Shown: one piece after another, positions 17,920-27,084 of the stretch | How positions within the stretch are numbered: the first letter of the stretch is position 1 | Layout of the letters: each line of letters begins with the position of its first letter | Assembly: GCA_034434735.1 (NCBI GenBank) | Contig: DAOTYQ010000180.1 | Coordinates: 1-63,454, forward strand | DNA length: 63,454 nt | Direction of reading: 5' to 3' | From: Chloroflexota bacterium | GTDB lineage: Bacteria > Chloroflexota > Limnocylindria > Limnocylindrales > CSP1-4 | Made by a program: the position numbers and the translations under genes | Notes under the pieces: generated by a model | Database searches by the model: none | What the model saw: only the letters and a program-made list of their open reading frames with translations | What the model was told of the DNA's origin: nothing

Positions 17920-19223
17920 GGACGATGGAGCCCGACCCGAGCCTCGAAGCCGTCGATCCGCCCGCGCCCGCGCCGGGCCCGGCCCGGCTGCCGCCCGGCT
18001 TCGATCCGTCGCGCCCGCGGGGCGGCCTCCGCCTCGATCCGCGGCCGGGGATCGCCGGTCTGACCCCCGAGGCCATCGACGCCTGGCTCGCGGCGCGCGG
18101 CGAGCCCCGCTACCGGACCCGCCAGATCCTCGATGCCGTCTGGCGGGAGTTCGCCGTGACCGCCGACGAGCTGACGACCCTGCCGAAGGGACTCCGGGCG
18201 GCACTCGACGCGGCCGTTCGCCTCGACACCATCGTCGCCGACGAGGTCCGGATCGCCGACGCCGGCCGGACCGAGAAAGTCCTCCATCGGCTCTCCGACG
18301 GGGCCGTCGTCGAGTCGGTCGTCATGCACTATCCCGCCCGCCCAGGTCGGCGGGAGCGACATACCGTCTGCATCTCGAGTCAGGCCGGCTGTGCCGTCGG
18401 CTGCCCCTTCTGCGCCACCGGCGAGCTCGGCTTCACTCGGGATCTCGAGGCCGCCGAGATCCTCGACCAGGTTCGTCACGCGGCCCGCCGCCTCGCCGCC
18501 GTCGGCCGGCGGATCACGAACGTCGTCTTCATGGGCATGGGCGAGCCCCTCCTCAACCTCGACGCCGTGCTCGGCGCCGTCGAGGCGCTCAACGACCCCC
18601 GGCGGTTCGGTCTCGGTGCCCGTCGGATCACGGTCTCGACGAGCGGCGTCGTGCCGGGAATCCGCCGCCTGACCGAGCTCGGGGTCCAGTTCACCCTCGC
18701 CATCTCCCTTCACGCCGCCCGCGACCCGCTCCGCGATGTCCTCGTCCCGCTGAACCGCCGCTGGCCCGTCGCCGAGGTCGTGGCCGCGGCCCGCGATCAC
18801 GCCCGAGCCACGGGTCGGCGGGTGAGCTACGAGGTCACCCTCATCGCCGGGGTGAACGACACGCCGGCCGACGCGGCCGCCCTCGCCGACCTCCTCGCCC
18901 CCGAGCTCGCCCACGTCAACCTCATCCCGATGAACCCCGTCGCCCACACGCCCTGGACGGCGAGTCCGCCCGAGGCCGTCGCCGCCTTCGCCGCCATCCT
19001 CCGCCGGGCCGGGCTGCCGGTCACGATCCGGGCCAACCGGGGAGTCGAGATCGGGGCGGCCTGCGGCCAGCTCGCCGCGGAGCGGGCCGGGGCACCGCCA
19101 CCGGCCGCCGTGCGGCGCCGGCGGGAGCGGCTCGTTCGGGCCTCGGCGGCGGCGCTCCGGGCGGCCGCCTCGTCATCGCGGTCGGATCTCGAGGTCCACC
19201 TCGCCGCGGCCGGGCGAGGGTAG
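17916..19223 (+). CDS. rlmN: 23S rRNA/tRNA (adenine-C2)-methyltransferase RlmN (radical SAM)
   Basis: CISSQAGCAVGCPFCATG (CxxxCxxC)...NVVFMGMGEPLLN...STSG...GAACGQL. ATGA overlap with fmt. Confidence 0.92.
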   Translation: MRTMEPDPSLEAVDPPAPAPGPARLPPGFDPSRPRGGLRLDPRPGIAGLTPEAIDAWLAARGEPRYRTRQILDAVWREFAVTADELTTLPKGLRAALDAAVRLDTIVADEVRIADAGRTEKVLHRLSDGAVVESVVMHYPARPGRRERHTVCISSQAGCAVGCPFCATGELGFTRDLEAAEILDQVRHAARRLAAVGRRITNVVFMGMGEPLLNLDAVLGAVEALNDPRRFGLGARRITVSTSGVVPGIRRLTELGVQFTLAISLHAARDPLRDVLVPLNRRWPVAEVVAAARDHARATGRRVSYEVTLIAGVNDTPADAAALADLLAPELAHVNLIPMNPVAHTPWTASPPEAVAAFAAILRRAGLPVTIRANRGVEIGAACGQLAAERAGAPPPAAVRRRRERLVRASAAALRAAASSSRSDLEVHLAAAGRG

Positions 19224-19228
19224 GGGAG

Positions 19229-19984
19229 GTGGGGCTCGGCGAGCGGCCGCCGATCCGGCTGGCGGCCTCGATCCTCGACTCGAACCTGGCGAACCTCGCC
19301 CAGTCGGTGCGACGCTGCGTCCGGGCGGGTGCGGATCGGATCCACCTCGACGTCATGGACGGCCACTTCGTCCCCAATCTGACCTTCGGGCCGCGGACGG
19401 TCCGTGCCCTGCGGGCCGTGACCGACCTTCCCTTCGACGCCCACCTCATGATCGCCAACCCGTCCCGCTTCGTCGAGGAGTTCATCGCGGCGGGCTGCGA
19501 CTCGATCACCATCCACGTCGAGGTCGACGAGCCCGTCGGGCCGGTCCTCGAGCGGATTCGCGGTGCCGGCCGACTCGCCGGCCTGGCCGTGAAGCCGCGG
19601 ACCGCCCTCGAGGTCCTCGACCCCTACCGGCCGCTCCTCGACGTCGTCATGGTCATGACCGTCGAGCCGGGCTTCGGGGGCCAGCAGCTCATGCGGGACG
19701 TCGCTCGCCAGAAGCTCCCGCGGGCGGCCGACTACCTCGCCCCCGACTCGGCCGATCCGGCGGTCCACGTCGACGGCGGCGTGAACCGCGACACGGCCGA
19801 GCTCGTCGGCCGGCTCGGGGCCGACGTCCTCGTCGTCGGCTCGGCCCTCTTCGCCCGCGGCCGGGTCATGGCCGAGGAGATCGCCCGGATCAAGGGCCTC
19901 GCCGAGGCGGGTCGGGCGGCCGGCATCCCGGCGCGGGCGTCCGCCGGCGGCCGGGCGGCCGTCGTCGGGGCCGAGGGGTCGTGA
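19229..19984 (+). CDS. rpe: ribulose-phosphate 3-epimerase
   Basis: LAASILDSNLANL...IHLDVMDGHFVPNLTFG...DAHLMI...VMVMTVEPGFGGQ...VDGGV. GTG 19229 is the only nearby canonical start. The 703-aa ORF 17873..19984 is mostly spurious. Confidence 0.88.
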   Translation: MGLGERPPIRLAASILDSNLANLAQSVRRCVRAGADRIHLDVMDGHFVPNLTFGPRTVRALRAVTDLPFDAHLMIANPSRFVEEFIAAGCDSITIHVEVDEPVGPVLERIRGAGRLAGLAVKPRTALEVLDPYRPLLDVVMVMTVEPGFGGQQLMRDVARQKLPRAADYLAPDSADPAVHVDGGVNRDTAELVGRLGADVLVVGSALFARGRVMAEEIARIKGLAEAGRAAGIPARASAGGRAAVVGAEGS

Positions 19985-19987
19985 TCG

Positions 19988-20431
19988 ATGCGAGCCCTCC
20001 TCCAGCGGGTCAGCCGAGCCGAGGTTCGGGTCGCCGGCGATCGGATCGCGGCCATCGGCCCCGGGCTCGTCGTCTTCCTCGGCGTCGGCCGCGCCGACGA
20101 CGCGGCGACGGCGACGGCGCTGGCCCGGCGGATCGCCGAGCTCCGGATCTTCGAGGACGACGCCGGCCGCACGAACCGCTCGCTCCTCGACGTCGGTGGG
20201 CGTGCCCTCGTCGTCAGCCAGTTCACCCTCTACGCCGACACGAGTCGGGGTCGCCGTCCCGGTTTCACCGCGGCGGCGCCTCCGGAGGTCGCCGAGCCGC
20301 TCTGGGCGACCTTCTGCGATGGCCTGGCGGCGGTCGGCGTGGCGGTGGAGCGGGGCCGCTTCGGGGCGGCGATGGAGGTCGAGCTCGTGAACGACGGGCC
20401 GTTCACGATCTGGCTCGACACCGAGCGCTGA
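19988..20431 (+). CDS. dtd: D-aminoacyl-tRNA deacylase
   Basis: MRALLQRVSRAEVRV...GLVVFLGV...LRIFEDD...LVVSQFTLYADTSRGRRPGF...VNDGPFTIWLD. Confidence 0.93.
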   Translation: MRALLQRVSRAEVRVAGDRIAAIGPGLVVFLGVGRADDAATATALARRIAELRIFEDDAGRTNRSLLDVGGRALVVSQFTLYADTSRGRRPGFTAAAPPEVAEPLWATFCDGLAAVGVAVERGRFGAAMEVELVNDGPFTIWLDTER

Positions 20432-20450
20432 GGGTCTTCCCGCGCGACGG

Positions 20451-20657
20451 TCAGTCCCCGGTCCGGGCGGCCTTGGTGAGGGTCCGACTGCAGCGGGTGC
20501 AGACGAGGGCGCGACGGCTGCGGCCGTCGATGACGACGAGTCGCGACTGGAGGTTCGGTTCGTAGCGGCGGTGGACGCGGACCCGGTTGTTCCCGGACGA
20601 CTGTGGATTGAAGCCGCCCATCGCAACCTTGCCGCAGATGGCGCAAGTCCGGGCCAT
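20451..20657 (-). CDS. rpmB: 50S ribosomal protein L28
   Basis: MARTCAICGKVAMGGFNPQSSGNNRVRVHRRYEPNLQSRLVVIDGRSRRALVCTRCSRTLTKA (68 aa). Last part of minus ORF 20451..21137. Confidence 0.9.
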   Translation of the reverse strand: MARTCAICGKVAMGGFNPQSSGNNRVRVHRRYEPNLQSRLVVIDGRSRRALVCTRCSRTLTKAARTGD

Positions 20658-20739
20658 GGTGTCCTTTCGTCGGTGGCAGGGTGGAGCGGCCGGGATCCGG
20701 CCGCCGTGGCGGCGTCGGGAGCTGCCACGCGGGCGCGTA

Positions 20740-20748
20740 TGATACCAA
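20740..20748 (-). promoter_or_regulatory. extended -10 candidate TGGTATCAT (minus strand) for rpmB
   Basis: The reverse complement of atgatacca reads TGGTATCAT. About 80 nt upstream of the rpmB start, in the divergent rpmB/asp23 intergenic region. Confidence 0.4.
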
Positions 20749-20828
20749 ACGCGCCGCGCCGGGCAGCGGCGGGGCTCCGACGTGCCCGCGACACCGCCCG
20801 GCGACCGGCTCGTGGACTTGGAGGTACG

Positions 20829-21260
20829 GTGTCGGACCCGCCCGACCGGGTGCTCGCCACTCGGCAGGCCATCATCGACGTCATCCGCTCGGCCGTCCTC
20901 GGCTCGTACGGCGTGACCGGCTTGGCGACGACCGGGGTTCGCTCGGCGATCCTGGCTCGCCTCGGTCTGGCCGAGGCCGGGATCCGTCTCTCCCGACTGC
21001 CTCGGCTCGAGGTCGACCTCGACCTCGAGGTGGCGGCCGGGCTCCCGGTCGCCGAGGTCGGGCGCCAGGTCGAGTCGGCGGTCCGCTACGCGGTCCGGCG
21101 GGCCGTCGGCCGGGACCTCGATCGGCTGACGATCCACGTCCGAGCCCTCCGGGTCGACGGCGGGCGGAGGCCGGCTCGGGGGGCGCGGCCGGCGGCCCGT
21201 CCGACCGCCCGGCCCGAGGACGACGCCGGTCGTCCGGCGGGCGGCCTCGAGTCGCGATGA
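20829..21260 (+). CDS. Asp23/Gls24 (DUF322, YloU-like) family protein
   Basis: IIDVIRSAVLGSYGVTGL...LEVDLDLEVAAGLPVAEVGRQVESAVRYAV. GTG 20829 with GGAGG 4 nt upstream. Position before the DAK2 gene matches yloU-yloV. Confidence 0.75.
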   Translation: MSDPPDRVLATRQAIIDVIRSAVLGSYGVTGLATTGVRSAILARLGLAEAGIRLSRLPRLEVDLDLEVAAGLPVAEVGRQVESAVRYAVRRAVGRDLDRLTIHVRALRVDGGRRPARGARPAARPTARPEDDAGRPAGGLESR

Positions 21261-22990
21261 CGCGGCGCCGCTGCGACGGGCCGGGGCTGCTGGCCGCCTT
21301 CCGAACCGCCGTCGCCAACGTCGAGGCCCACGTCGACGAGATCAACGCCCTCAACGTCTTCCCGGTCCCGGACGGGGATACCGGGACGAACATGCTCGCC
21401 ACCCTTCGGGCGGCCCTGGACGAGGCCGCCGACGCCGACGCCCGCGACGTCGGCCGGGTCATCGCGGCCCTCAGCTTCGGCTCGCTCATGGGCGCCCGCG
21501 GTAACTCGGGGGTCATCGCCAGCCAGATCATCCGGGGCGCCGCCGACGCCCTCGCCGGCAAGCGGCGCTTCAACGCCCTCGATCTCGCCCACGCCATGCG
21601 GGCCGGCGCCGAGGCTGCCTACGCCGCCGTGACGCGACCCGTCGAGGGGACGATCCTGACCGTGGCCCGGGACGCCGCCGCGGCCGCCGTCGAGGCGGCC
21701 GAGCGGACGAACGAGATCGAAGCCGTCCTCCTCGCCGCCACGGAAGCGGCCCACGCGTCCGTCCTCCGGAGCCCGACCCTCCTGCCCGTCCTCCGCGAGG
21801 CCGGCGTCGTCGACTCCGGCGGCCAGGGCCTCTATCGCCTCCTCCAGGGCTTGCTCCAGGCCGTCGTCGAGACGACGCGTCCCGAGATCGAGGTCGGTGG
21901 GCGGGCGGCGGCTCGCCCCTCGGCCCTCGTCGCCCACGCCGACGAGGGTTACGGCTACGAGACGATGTTCCTCGTCCAGGCGCCGTCGGGTCGTCCCCTC
22001 GATCTCGATGCCATGCGCGCCCACCTCGAGAGCATCGGCGAGTCCGTCCTCGTCGCCGGCGACACCCGGGCGGCAAAGGTGCACGTTCACAACGACCGAC
22101 CGGATGCCGTCCTCGCCTACGGGCTCTCTCTGGGGACCCTATCGCGGATCAGCATCGAAAACCTCGACCAGCAGACCGAGGCCGTCCGGGAGCGCCGGGC
22201 CGCCGAGTTCACTGGTGCCCCTGCCCAGGCCTCGAGGCCGGGCGACGAGGGGAGCGCGCCCGCGACAACGGCCGTCGGCGCGACGGCCGGCGGCCGCGAC
22301 GCGGGCTCGCCGGCGACCGCCGACCATGCCGAGACCCGTCCCCTCGGCGTCGTCGCCGTGGCGGCGGGGCCGGGGCTGGCGGCGGTCTTCGAGTCCTTCG
22401 GGGTCGACGCCATCGTCGATGCCCGAACCGGCAACCCGAGCACCGGCGAGCTGAAGGCTGCCATCGACGCCGTGCCGGCCCGCGAGGTCATCGTCCTGCC
22501 GAACGACCCCGACGTCCTCCTCGCCGCGGAACAGGTCGCCCGCCTCGTCGAGCGACCGGTCCGGATCGTCCCGACCCGGAACGCCGCCGAGGGCGTGGCC
22601 GCCCTCCTGGCCCTCGATCCGGCCGCCGACGCGGTCGCCAACGTCGAGCCGATGACGGAGGCGGCGCGGGCGATCCAGAGCTTCTCGGTGACGCAGGCCG
22701 TCCGGGACGCGAAGGTCGACGGGCGTCGGGTCCGCAGCGGCGAGTTCATCGTCCTCGGCCCGGACGACTGCCTCCTGGCCGCCGATCGCGACCTCGATCG
22801 GGCCGTTCGGGCGGCCGTCGCCGCCCTCCACCCGGGCTTCGAGCTCGTCACCCTCTACTACGGCGACGGGGCCGAGCTCGACGAGGCCGAGCGGGTCGCC
22901 CGGCTCGTCGGCGAGCTGTGGCCGGGGGTCGAGGTCGAGGTCGTCCACGGTGGCCAGCCCCACTACCGGTACGTCGTTGCCGTCGAGTAG
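21257..22990 (+). CDS. DAK2 domain-containing protein (YloV-like)
   Basis: INALNVFPVPDGDTGTNM...GARGNSGVI(A)SQI...PVEGTILTV...LREAGVVDSGGQGL. ATGA overlap with the Asp23 gene. Confidence 0.88.
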   Translation: MTRRRCDGPGLLAAFRTAVANVEAHVDEINALNVFPVPDGDTGTNMLATLRAALDEAADADARDVGRVIAALSFGSLMGARGNSGVIASQIIRGAADALAGKRRFNALDLAHAMRAGAEAAYAAVTRPVEGTILTVARDAAAAAVEAAERTNEIEAVLLAATEAAHASVLRSPTLLPVLREAGVVDSGGQGLYRLLQGLLQAVVETTRPEIEVGGRAAARPSALVAHADEGYGYETMFLVQAPSGRPLDLDAMRAHLESIGESVLVAGDTRAAKVHVHNDRPDAVLAYGLSLGTLSRISIENLDQQTEAVRERRAAEFTGAPAQASRPGDEGSAPATTAVGATAGGRDAGSPATADHAETRPLGVVAVAAGPGLAAVFESFGVDAIVDARTGNPSTGELKAAIDAVPAREVIVLPNDPDVLLAAEQVARLVERPVRIVPTRNAAEGVAALLALDPAADAVANVEPMTEAARAIQSFSVTQAVRDAKVDGRRVRSGEFIVLGPDDCLLAADRDLDRAVRAAVAALHPGFELVTLYYGDGAELDEAERVARLVGELWPGVEVEVVHGGQPHYRYVVAVE

Positions 22991-25352
22991 CCGGAGCGGA
23001 GATCTCGCCGACGGGCGCGACCGAGCCGCAGCGCCCGCCGGTCCCGTTCGGCCCGGCGGGCCGTGGCGGCGGGTCTCGGTCGGCTCGGTCGGTTCGGACC
23101 CCGACGCCCCGCTGCGGCGGTCGGGCCTCCCGGGGGCGGCGATCCTGGGTCGCCTCGGGCCACGCCTGGGGCTGGAGCGGGCGCGCGATCTCCTCTTCCA
23201 CCTCCCGCGCCGCTACCTCGACCTGCGCGCCCTCCTCCCGTTGGCGAACTTGGCGGACCTCGAGCCGGGCAGCCTCGTCGCCAGCCGCGCCCGGATCGCT
23301 TCGCTCCGGGTCGAGCAGACCTGGCGGCGCCGCGTCCAGGTGACGACGGCCCGGCTCGTCGACGAGACCGGGGAGGCCGACGCCGTTTGGTACGGCCGCC
23401 GCTACATCGACCGGCGGCTCGCCGTGGGCGACTGGGTCGTCGTGAGCGGGCGGCTAAAGCGAAGCGGGTTCAGCCCGCTCATCGACAACCCCGAGTTCCA
23501 GCGCGACGACGGCTCGACGCTCCTCCACGCCGGGCGGATCGTGCCCGTCTACCGCCTCACGAGCGGCCTCACCGCGGTCCGGCTCCGGGTCGCCATCCGG
23601 GCGGCCCTCGATCGCTTCGGGCGGTCGTACCCCGAGTACCTCGCCGCGGCCATCCGCCGAGCCGAAGACCTCCTCGAGATCAGTCGGGCCCTCGAAGAAG
23701 CCCACTTCCCGACGAGCTTCGAGGCCCGGGACGCCGCCATCACCCGGCTCGCCTTCGACGAGCTCCTCGCCCTCCAGCTGGGGATGGTCGGCCGGCGTCG
23801 CCAGCGAGGCCGGGCGACCGCCGGACCGATGGTCGTCGCCGACGCCGCCCTCGAGCGCCTCCGGGCCGCCGTCGTGGCCGGGCTCGCCGCTCGGATCGAA
23901 GGTCCGGTGGAGCTGACCCCTGACCAAGAGGCGGCCATCGACGCCATCCGGGCGGATCTGGCCCGCCCGGTCCCGATGCTCCGGCTCCTCCAGGGCGACG
24001 TGGGGTCGGGCAAGACGGCCGTGGCCGCCGTCGCCCTCGGCCTGGCCGCCCTGGCCGGACGCCAGGCCGCCCTCCTCGCTCCCACCGACCTCCTTGCCCG
24101 TCAGCATGCGGCGACGATCGCCCGCCTCCTCGCCGGCCTCGGTCTCGAGGTCGGGCTGCTGACCGGTTCCCTGCCAAGCCGCGCACGAGGGCAGGTGCGC
24201 GAGCGGCTCGCAGCGGGCAGCCTGTCGATCGTGGTCGGCACCCATGCCCTCCTCGAGGAGTCGGTCGTCTTCGCCCGCCTCGGCCTCGTCGTCATCGACG
24301 AGCAGCACCGCTTCGGGGTCGAGCAGCGGGGCCGGCTCGACGCCAAGGCGGCCGAGGGGTCGCCCCACGTCCTCCTCATGACGGCGACGCCGATCCCGCG
24401 GACCCTCGGTCAGGTCCTCTACGCCGACCTCGACGTCTCCACGATCCGGACGCCGCCGGCGGGCCGTCGGCGGATCAAGACGGCGATCCGCCACCCCGAC
24501 GAGCTCGAGCGGGTCTGGGACTTCGTCCGGAGCGAGGCGGCGGCCGGGCGTCGGACCTTCGTCGTCGTCCCCTTCATCGATGTGCCGACGGCCGACCTGG
24601 GCCTCGGCGGCGAGAACGAGGCGGCCGACCCGAGCGTCGCCGGGCTCGGTCTCCTCGAGCCCGACGACCCGGAGGCCGTGCGGGCCTGGGCCGCGGCCGC
24701 CGAGGCGGAAGCGGAGCGGCTGCGGGCGATCCTGGCGCCGCTGCGGATCGGCCTCGTCCACGGCCGGACGGCGGCCGCCGAGCGCGACGCAACGATGGCC
24801 GAGTTCCGCGACGGCCGACTCGACGTCCTCGTCGGCACGACCGTCGTCGAGGTCGGCGTCGACGTCCCGGAGGCGTCGGTCATCGTCATCGAGGGGGCCG
24901 ACCGCTTCGGCCTCGCCCAGCTCCACCAGCTCCGAGGACGGGTAGGGCGGGGGACCGCCCAGTCCTACTGCGTCCTCGTCTCCGATGCGGCACCAAGCCG
25001 GGCCGCTTGGGACGATCTGGTCGCCGGGCGTCGGGAGCCCGCATCGGCGGCCCAGGCCCGGCTCGTGGAGCTCGTCCGCTCGAGCGACGGCTTCGCCCTC
25101 GCCGAGCGCGACTTCGAGCTCCGCGGTGAGGGCGACGTCCTCGGGCTGTCCCAGAGCGGGCTGCCCCGGCTCCGGATCGCCGCTCTCGGGCGGGCCGACC
25201 ACCGGGCCCTCGCCATCCGGGCCCGCCACTACGCCGAAGCGCTCCTCGACGAGGCGGGGGAGCTGCGGGCCGGGCACGAACGGCTGCGGGCGGAGCTGGA
25301 GACCGGCTGGCTCCGCTACGTCCACCAGGCCGAGCCGGCGAGTGGGGCCTGA
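22950..25352 (+). CDS. recG: ATP-dependent DNA helicase RecG
   Basis: LPRRYLDLR wedge region. LLQGDVGSGKTAVA. VVIDEQHRFGVEQR. LLMTATPIPRTL. QLHQLRGRVGRG. The only canonical start is GTG 22950, overlapping the upstream gene by 41 nt, so the start is uncertain. Confidence 0.9.
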   Translation: MASPTTGTSLPSSSRSGDLADGRDRAAAPAGPVRPGGPWRRVSVGSVGSDPDAPLRRSGLPGAAILGRLGPRLGLERARDLLFHLPRRYLDLRALLPLANLADLEPGSLVASRARIASLRVEQTWRRRVQVTTARLVDETGEADAVWYGRRYIDRRLAVGDWVVVSGRLKRSGFSPLIDNPEFQRDDGSTLLHAGRIVPVYRLTSGLTAVRLRVAIRAALDRFGRSYPEYLAAAIRRAEDLLEISRALEEAHFPTSFEARDAAITRLAFDELLALQLGMVGRRRQRGRATAGPMVVADAALERLRAAVVAGLAARIEGPVELTPDQEAAIDAIRADLARPVPMLRLLQGDVGSGKTAVAAVALGLAALAGRQAALLAPTDLLARQHAATIARLLAGLGLEVGLLTGSLPSRARGQVRERLAAGSLSIVVGTHALLEESVVFARLGLVVIDEQHRFGVEQRGRLDAKAAEGSPHVLLMTATPIPRTLGQVLYADLDVSTIRTPPAGRRRIKTAIRHPDELERVWDFVRSEAAAGRRTFVVVPFIDVPTADLGLGGENEAADPSVAGLGLLEPDDPEAVRAWAAAAEAEAERLRAILAPLRIGLVHGRTAAAERDATMAEFRDGRLDVLVGTTVVEVGVDVPEASVIVIEGADRFGLAQLHQLRGRVGRGTAQSYCVLVSDAAPSRAAWDDLVAGRREPASAAQARLVELVRSSDGFALAERDFELRGEGDVLGLSQSGLPRLRIAALGRADHRALAIRARHYAEALLDEAGELRAGHERLRAELETGWLRYVHQAEPASGA

Positions 25353-25983
25353 GACGGGCGGTCGCCCCCGCGGGACTGGGTCGGCCGGGCGGGTCATCGC
25401 CGGTCGGGCGGCCGGGCGCCGGCTCGCTGGCCCCGGGGGCGGGACGCGGCCGCTCAGCGACCGGGCCAAGGAGGTCCTCTTCGGGATCCTCGCACCCGAG
25501 CTCGAGGGCGCCCGGGTCCTCGACCTCTTCGCCGGGAGCGGGGCCGCCGGGATCGAGGCCCTCAGCCGCGGGGCCAGCCGGGTCGTCTTCGTCGATGGCT
25601 CGGCGGCCGCCTGTGCGAGCATCGCCGCCAACCTGAGGGCCACGGGTCTCGGCGGCCCGGGCGTCGAGGTCCGGCGCCGGGACGTCCTCGCCTATCTTGC
25701 TACCCAGGCGGCGTCGGACGGCCCCTTCGACCTCGTCATCGTCGACCCACCGTACGCCGAGCCGGCCCTCGCCCTCGCCGCCCTCGAGCGGCTCGGGGCT
25801 GGCCGGATCGTTGCCCCCGGCGGTCGGGTCGTCGTCCGGGCCTTCTGGCGGACCGAGCTCCCGGGGGCCGTCGGGCTGCTACGATCGGACCGCGAGCGGC
25901 GGGTCGGCGAGAGCAGGCTGCGGTTCTATCGGTGCGACGCGCCGCCGGCGTCTGGCCGGTCGGCGAGCGAGGAGGGAGGATGA
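25342..25983 (+). CDS. rsmD: 16S rRNA (guanine966-N2)-methyltransferase RsmD
   Basis: RVIAGRAAGRRL...RPLSDRAKEVLFGIL...VLDLFAGSGAAGIEALSRGA...VIVDPPY. GTG 25342 overlaps the recG stop. Confidence 0.85.
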   Translation: MGPETGGRPRGTGSAGRVIAGRAAGRRLAGPGGGTRPLSDRAKEVLFGILAPELEGARVLDLFAGSGAAGIEALSRGASRVVFVDGSAAACASIAANLRATGLGGPGVEVRRRDVLAYLATQAASDGPFDLVIVDPPYAEPALALAALERLGAGRIVAPGGRVVVRAFWRTELPGAVGLLRSDRERRVGESRLRFYRCDAPPASGRSASEEGG

Positions 25984-26504
25984 AGGTCGCCGTCTATCCC
26001 GGGTCCTTCGATCCGGTCACGAACGGTCACCTCGACATCGTCCGGCGGGCCGTCGGTGTCTTCGACCGGCTCGTCGTGGCCGTCCTGGAGAACCCGCGCA
26101 AGGACCCGGTCCTGAGCGTCGAGGAGCGGGTCGCCGCCATCCGGCGCGCCCTCGCCGAGACGTCCGACCTCGACGCCAAGCGGATCGAGGTCCGGAGCTT
26201 CGGCGGTCTGACCGTCGAGTTCTGCCGCCTCGTCGGTGCCCGCTTCATCGTCCGGGGCCTGCGGGCGATCAGCGACTTCGAGGTCGAACTCCAGCTCGCC
26301 CACAACAACCGGCGCCTGGCTCCCGAGGTCGACACCGTCTTCTTCATGACCGCCCTCGAGCACGCCTACGTGAGCTCGAGCCTGGTCAAGGAGATCGCCC
26401 GCTTCGGCGGCGACGTCGCCGAGATGGTCCCGCCAGCTGCCGCCGACGCCCTCGCCCGGGCCTTCCGGGGCGCCGCTCGAGAACCGTCGACGGGCGTGCG
26501 ATAA
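25980..26504 (+). CDS. coaD: phosphopantetheine adenylyltransferase
   Basis: MKVAVYPGSFDPVTNGHLDIVRRA...VRGLRAISDFEVELQLAHNN...SSSLVKEI. ATGA overlap with rsmD. SD GGAGGGAGG. Confidence 0.95.
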   Translation: MKVAVYPGSFDPVTNGHLDIVRRAVGVFDRLVVAVLENPRKDPVLSVEERVAAIRRALAETSDLDAKRIEVRSFGGLTVEFCRLVGARFIVRGLRAISDFEVELQLAHNNRRLAPEVDTVFFMTALEHAYVSSSLVKEIARFGGDVAEMVPPAAADALARAFRGAAREPSTGVR

Positions 26505-26556
26505 TCCGTCCGGGCGAGTCCGGGTCGCCAGGCGCGCACAGCTGGAGGGACGTCCG

Positions 26557-27084
26557 ATCGACATCATCTTCCTCGTCGAACGGCTCGAGTCGCTCATCGC
26601 CAACGGCCGTCGGCTGCCGCTGACGAACAGCGTCGTCATCGATCAGGAGGCGGCCCTCGCCCTCGTCGACGAGCTCCGCGCCGCCGTCCCGGAGGAGATC
26701 CGCCAGGCGCGGCGGATCAAGGAGGAAGGCGAGCGGATCCTCGAGCGGGCCCGGAGCGAGGCAGAGGCGATCCTGGCCCGGGCCCAGGAGCAGGCCGCCT
26801 TCCTCATCGAGGAGCGGGGCCTCACTCAGGCCGCCGAAGAGGAGGGCCGCCGGATCGTGGCCCGGGCCGAGGCCGAGGCGGCCGAGATCCGCCGCGGCGC
26901 CGACGAGTACGCGGCCTCGACCCTCGTCGCCCTCGAGGGCGAGCTCGTCCGGACCCTCCAGAGCGTCCGGAAGGGGATCGCCGTCCTCGACGCCCGGGGG
27001 GCGAAGGGCAGCGGCGATGGTCCCGAACCGACGACCGACGCTCCCGGAGAGGCTCCGGAGCGCCCGGCGGCGGTTCGGCCGTGA
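26557..27084 (+). CDS. hypothetical coiled-coil protein (no canonical start; ATC 26557 proposed)
   Basis: Frame open from at least 26500 to 27084 with near-uniform G/C third positions. First canonical start is GTG 26857. Upstream part reads (I)DIIFLVERLESLIANGRRLPLTNSVVIDQEAALALVDELRAAVPEEIRQARRI. GGAGG at 26544-26548 lies 8 nt before ATC 26557. Confidence 0.6.
   Translation: MDIIFLVERLESLIANGRRLPLTNSVVIDQEAALALVDELRAAVPEEIRQARRIKEEGERILERARSEAEAILARAQEQAAFLIEERGLTQAAEEEGRRIVARAEAEAAEIRRGADEYAASTLVALEGELVRTLQSVRKGIAVLDARGAKGSGDGPEPTTDAPGEAPERPAAVRP

Noticed and set aside
17873-19228. The 703-aa ORF 17873..19984 as a large fusion protein. Similar N-terminal extensions appear in track ORFs 7119, 20681, 24985, 37954, 39957, 40501, 42686, 45333 and 48279.
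   Set aside because: Only the C-terminal parts are homologous to real proteins (rpe, ileS, DAK2, rsmD, rimM, trmD, rplS, rpsB, uppS, rseP). The upstream parts are Arg/Pro-rich and overlap the true upstream genes in another frame.
22950-22990. The 41-nt overlap of recG with the DAK2 gene as a special regulatory feature.
   Set aside because: It may simply reflect a mis-chosen start. No other canonical start exists before the conserved RecG N-terminus, and given the non-canonical starts elsewhere I cannot decide. There is not enough evidence for a finding.
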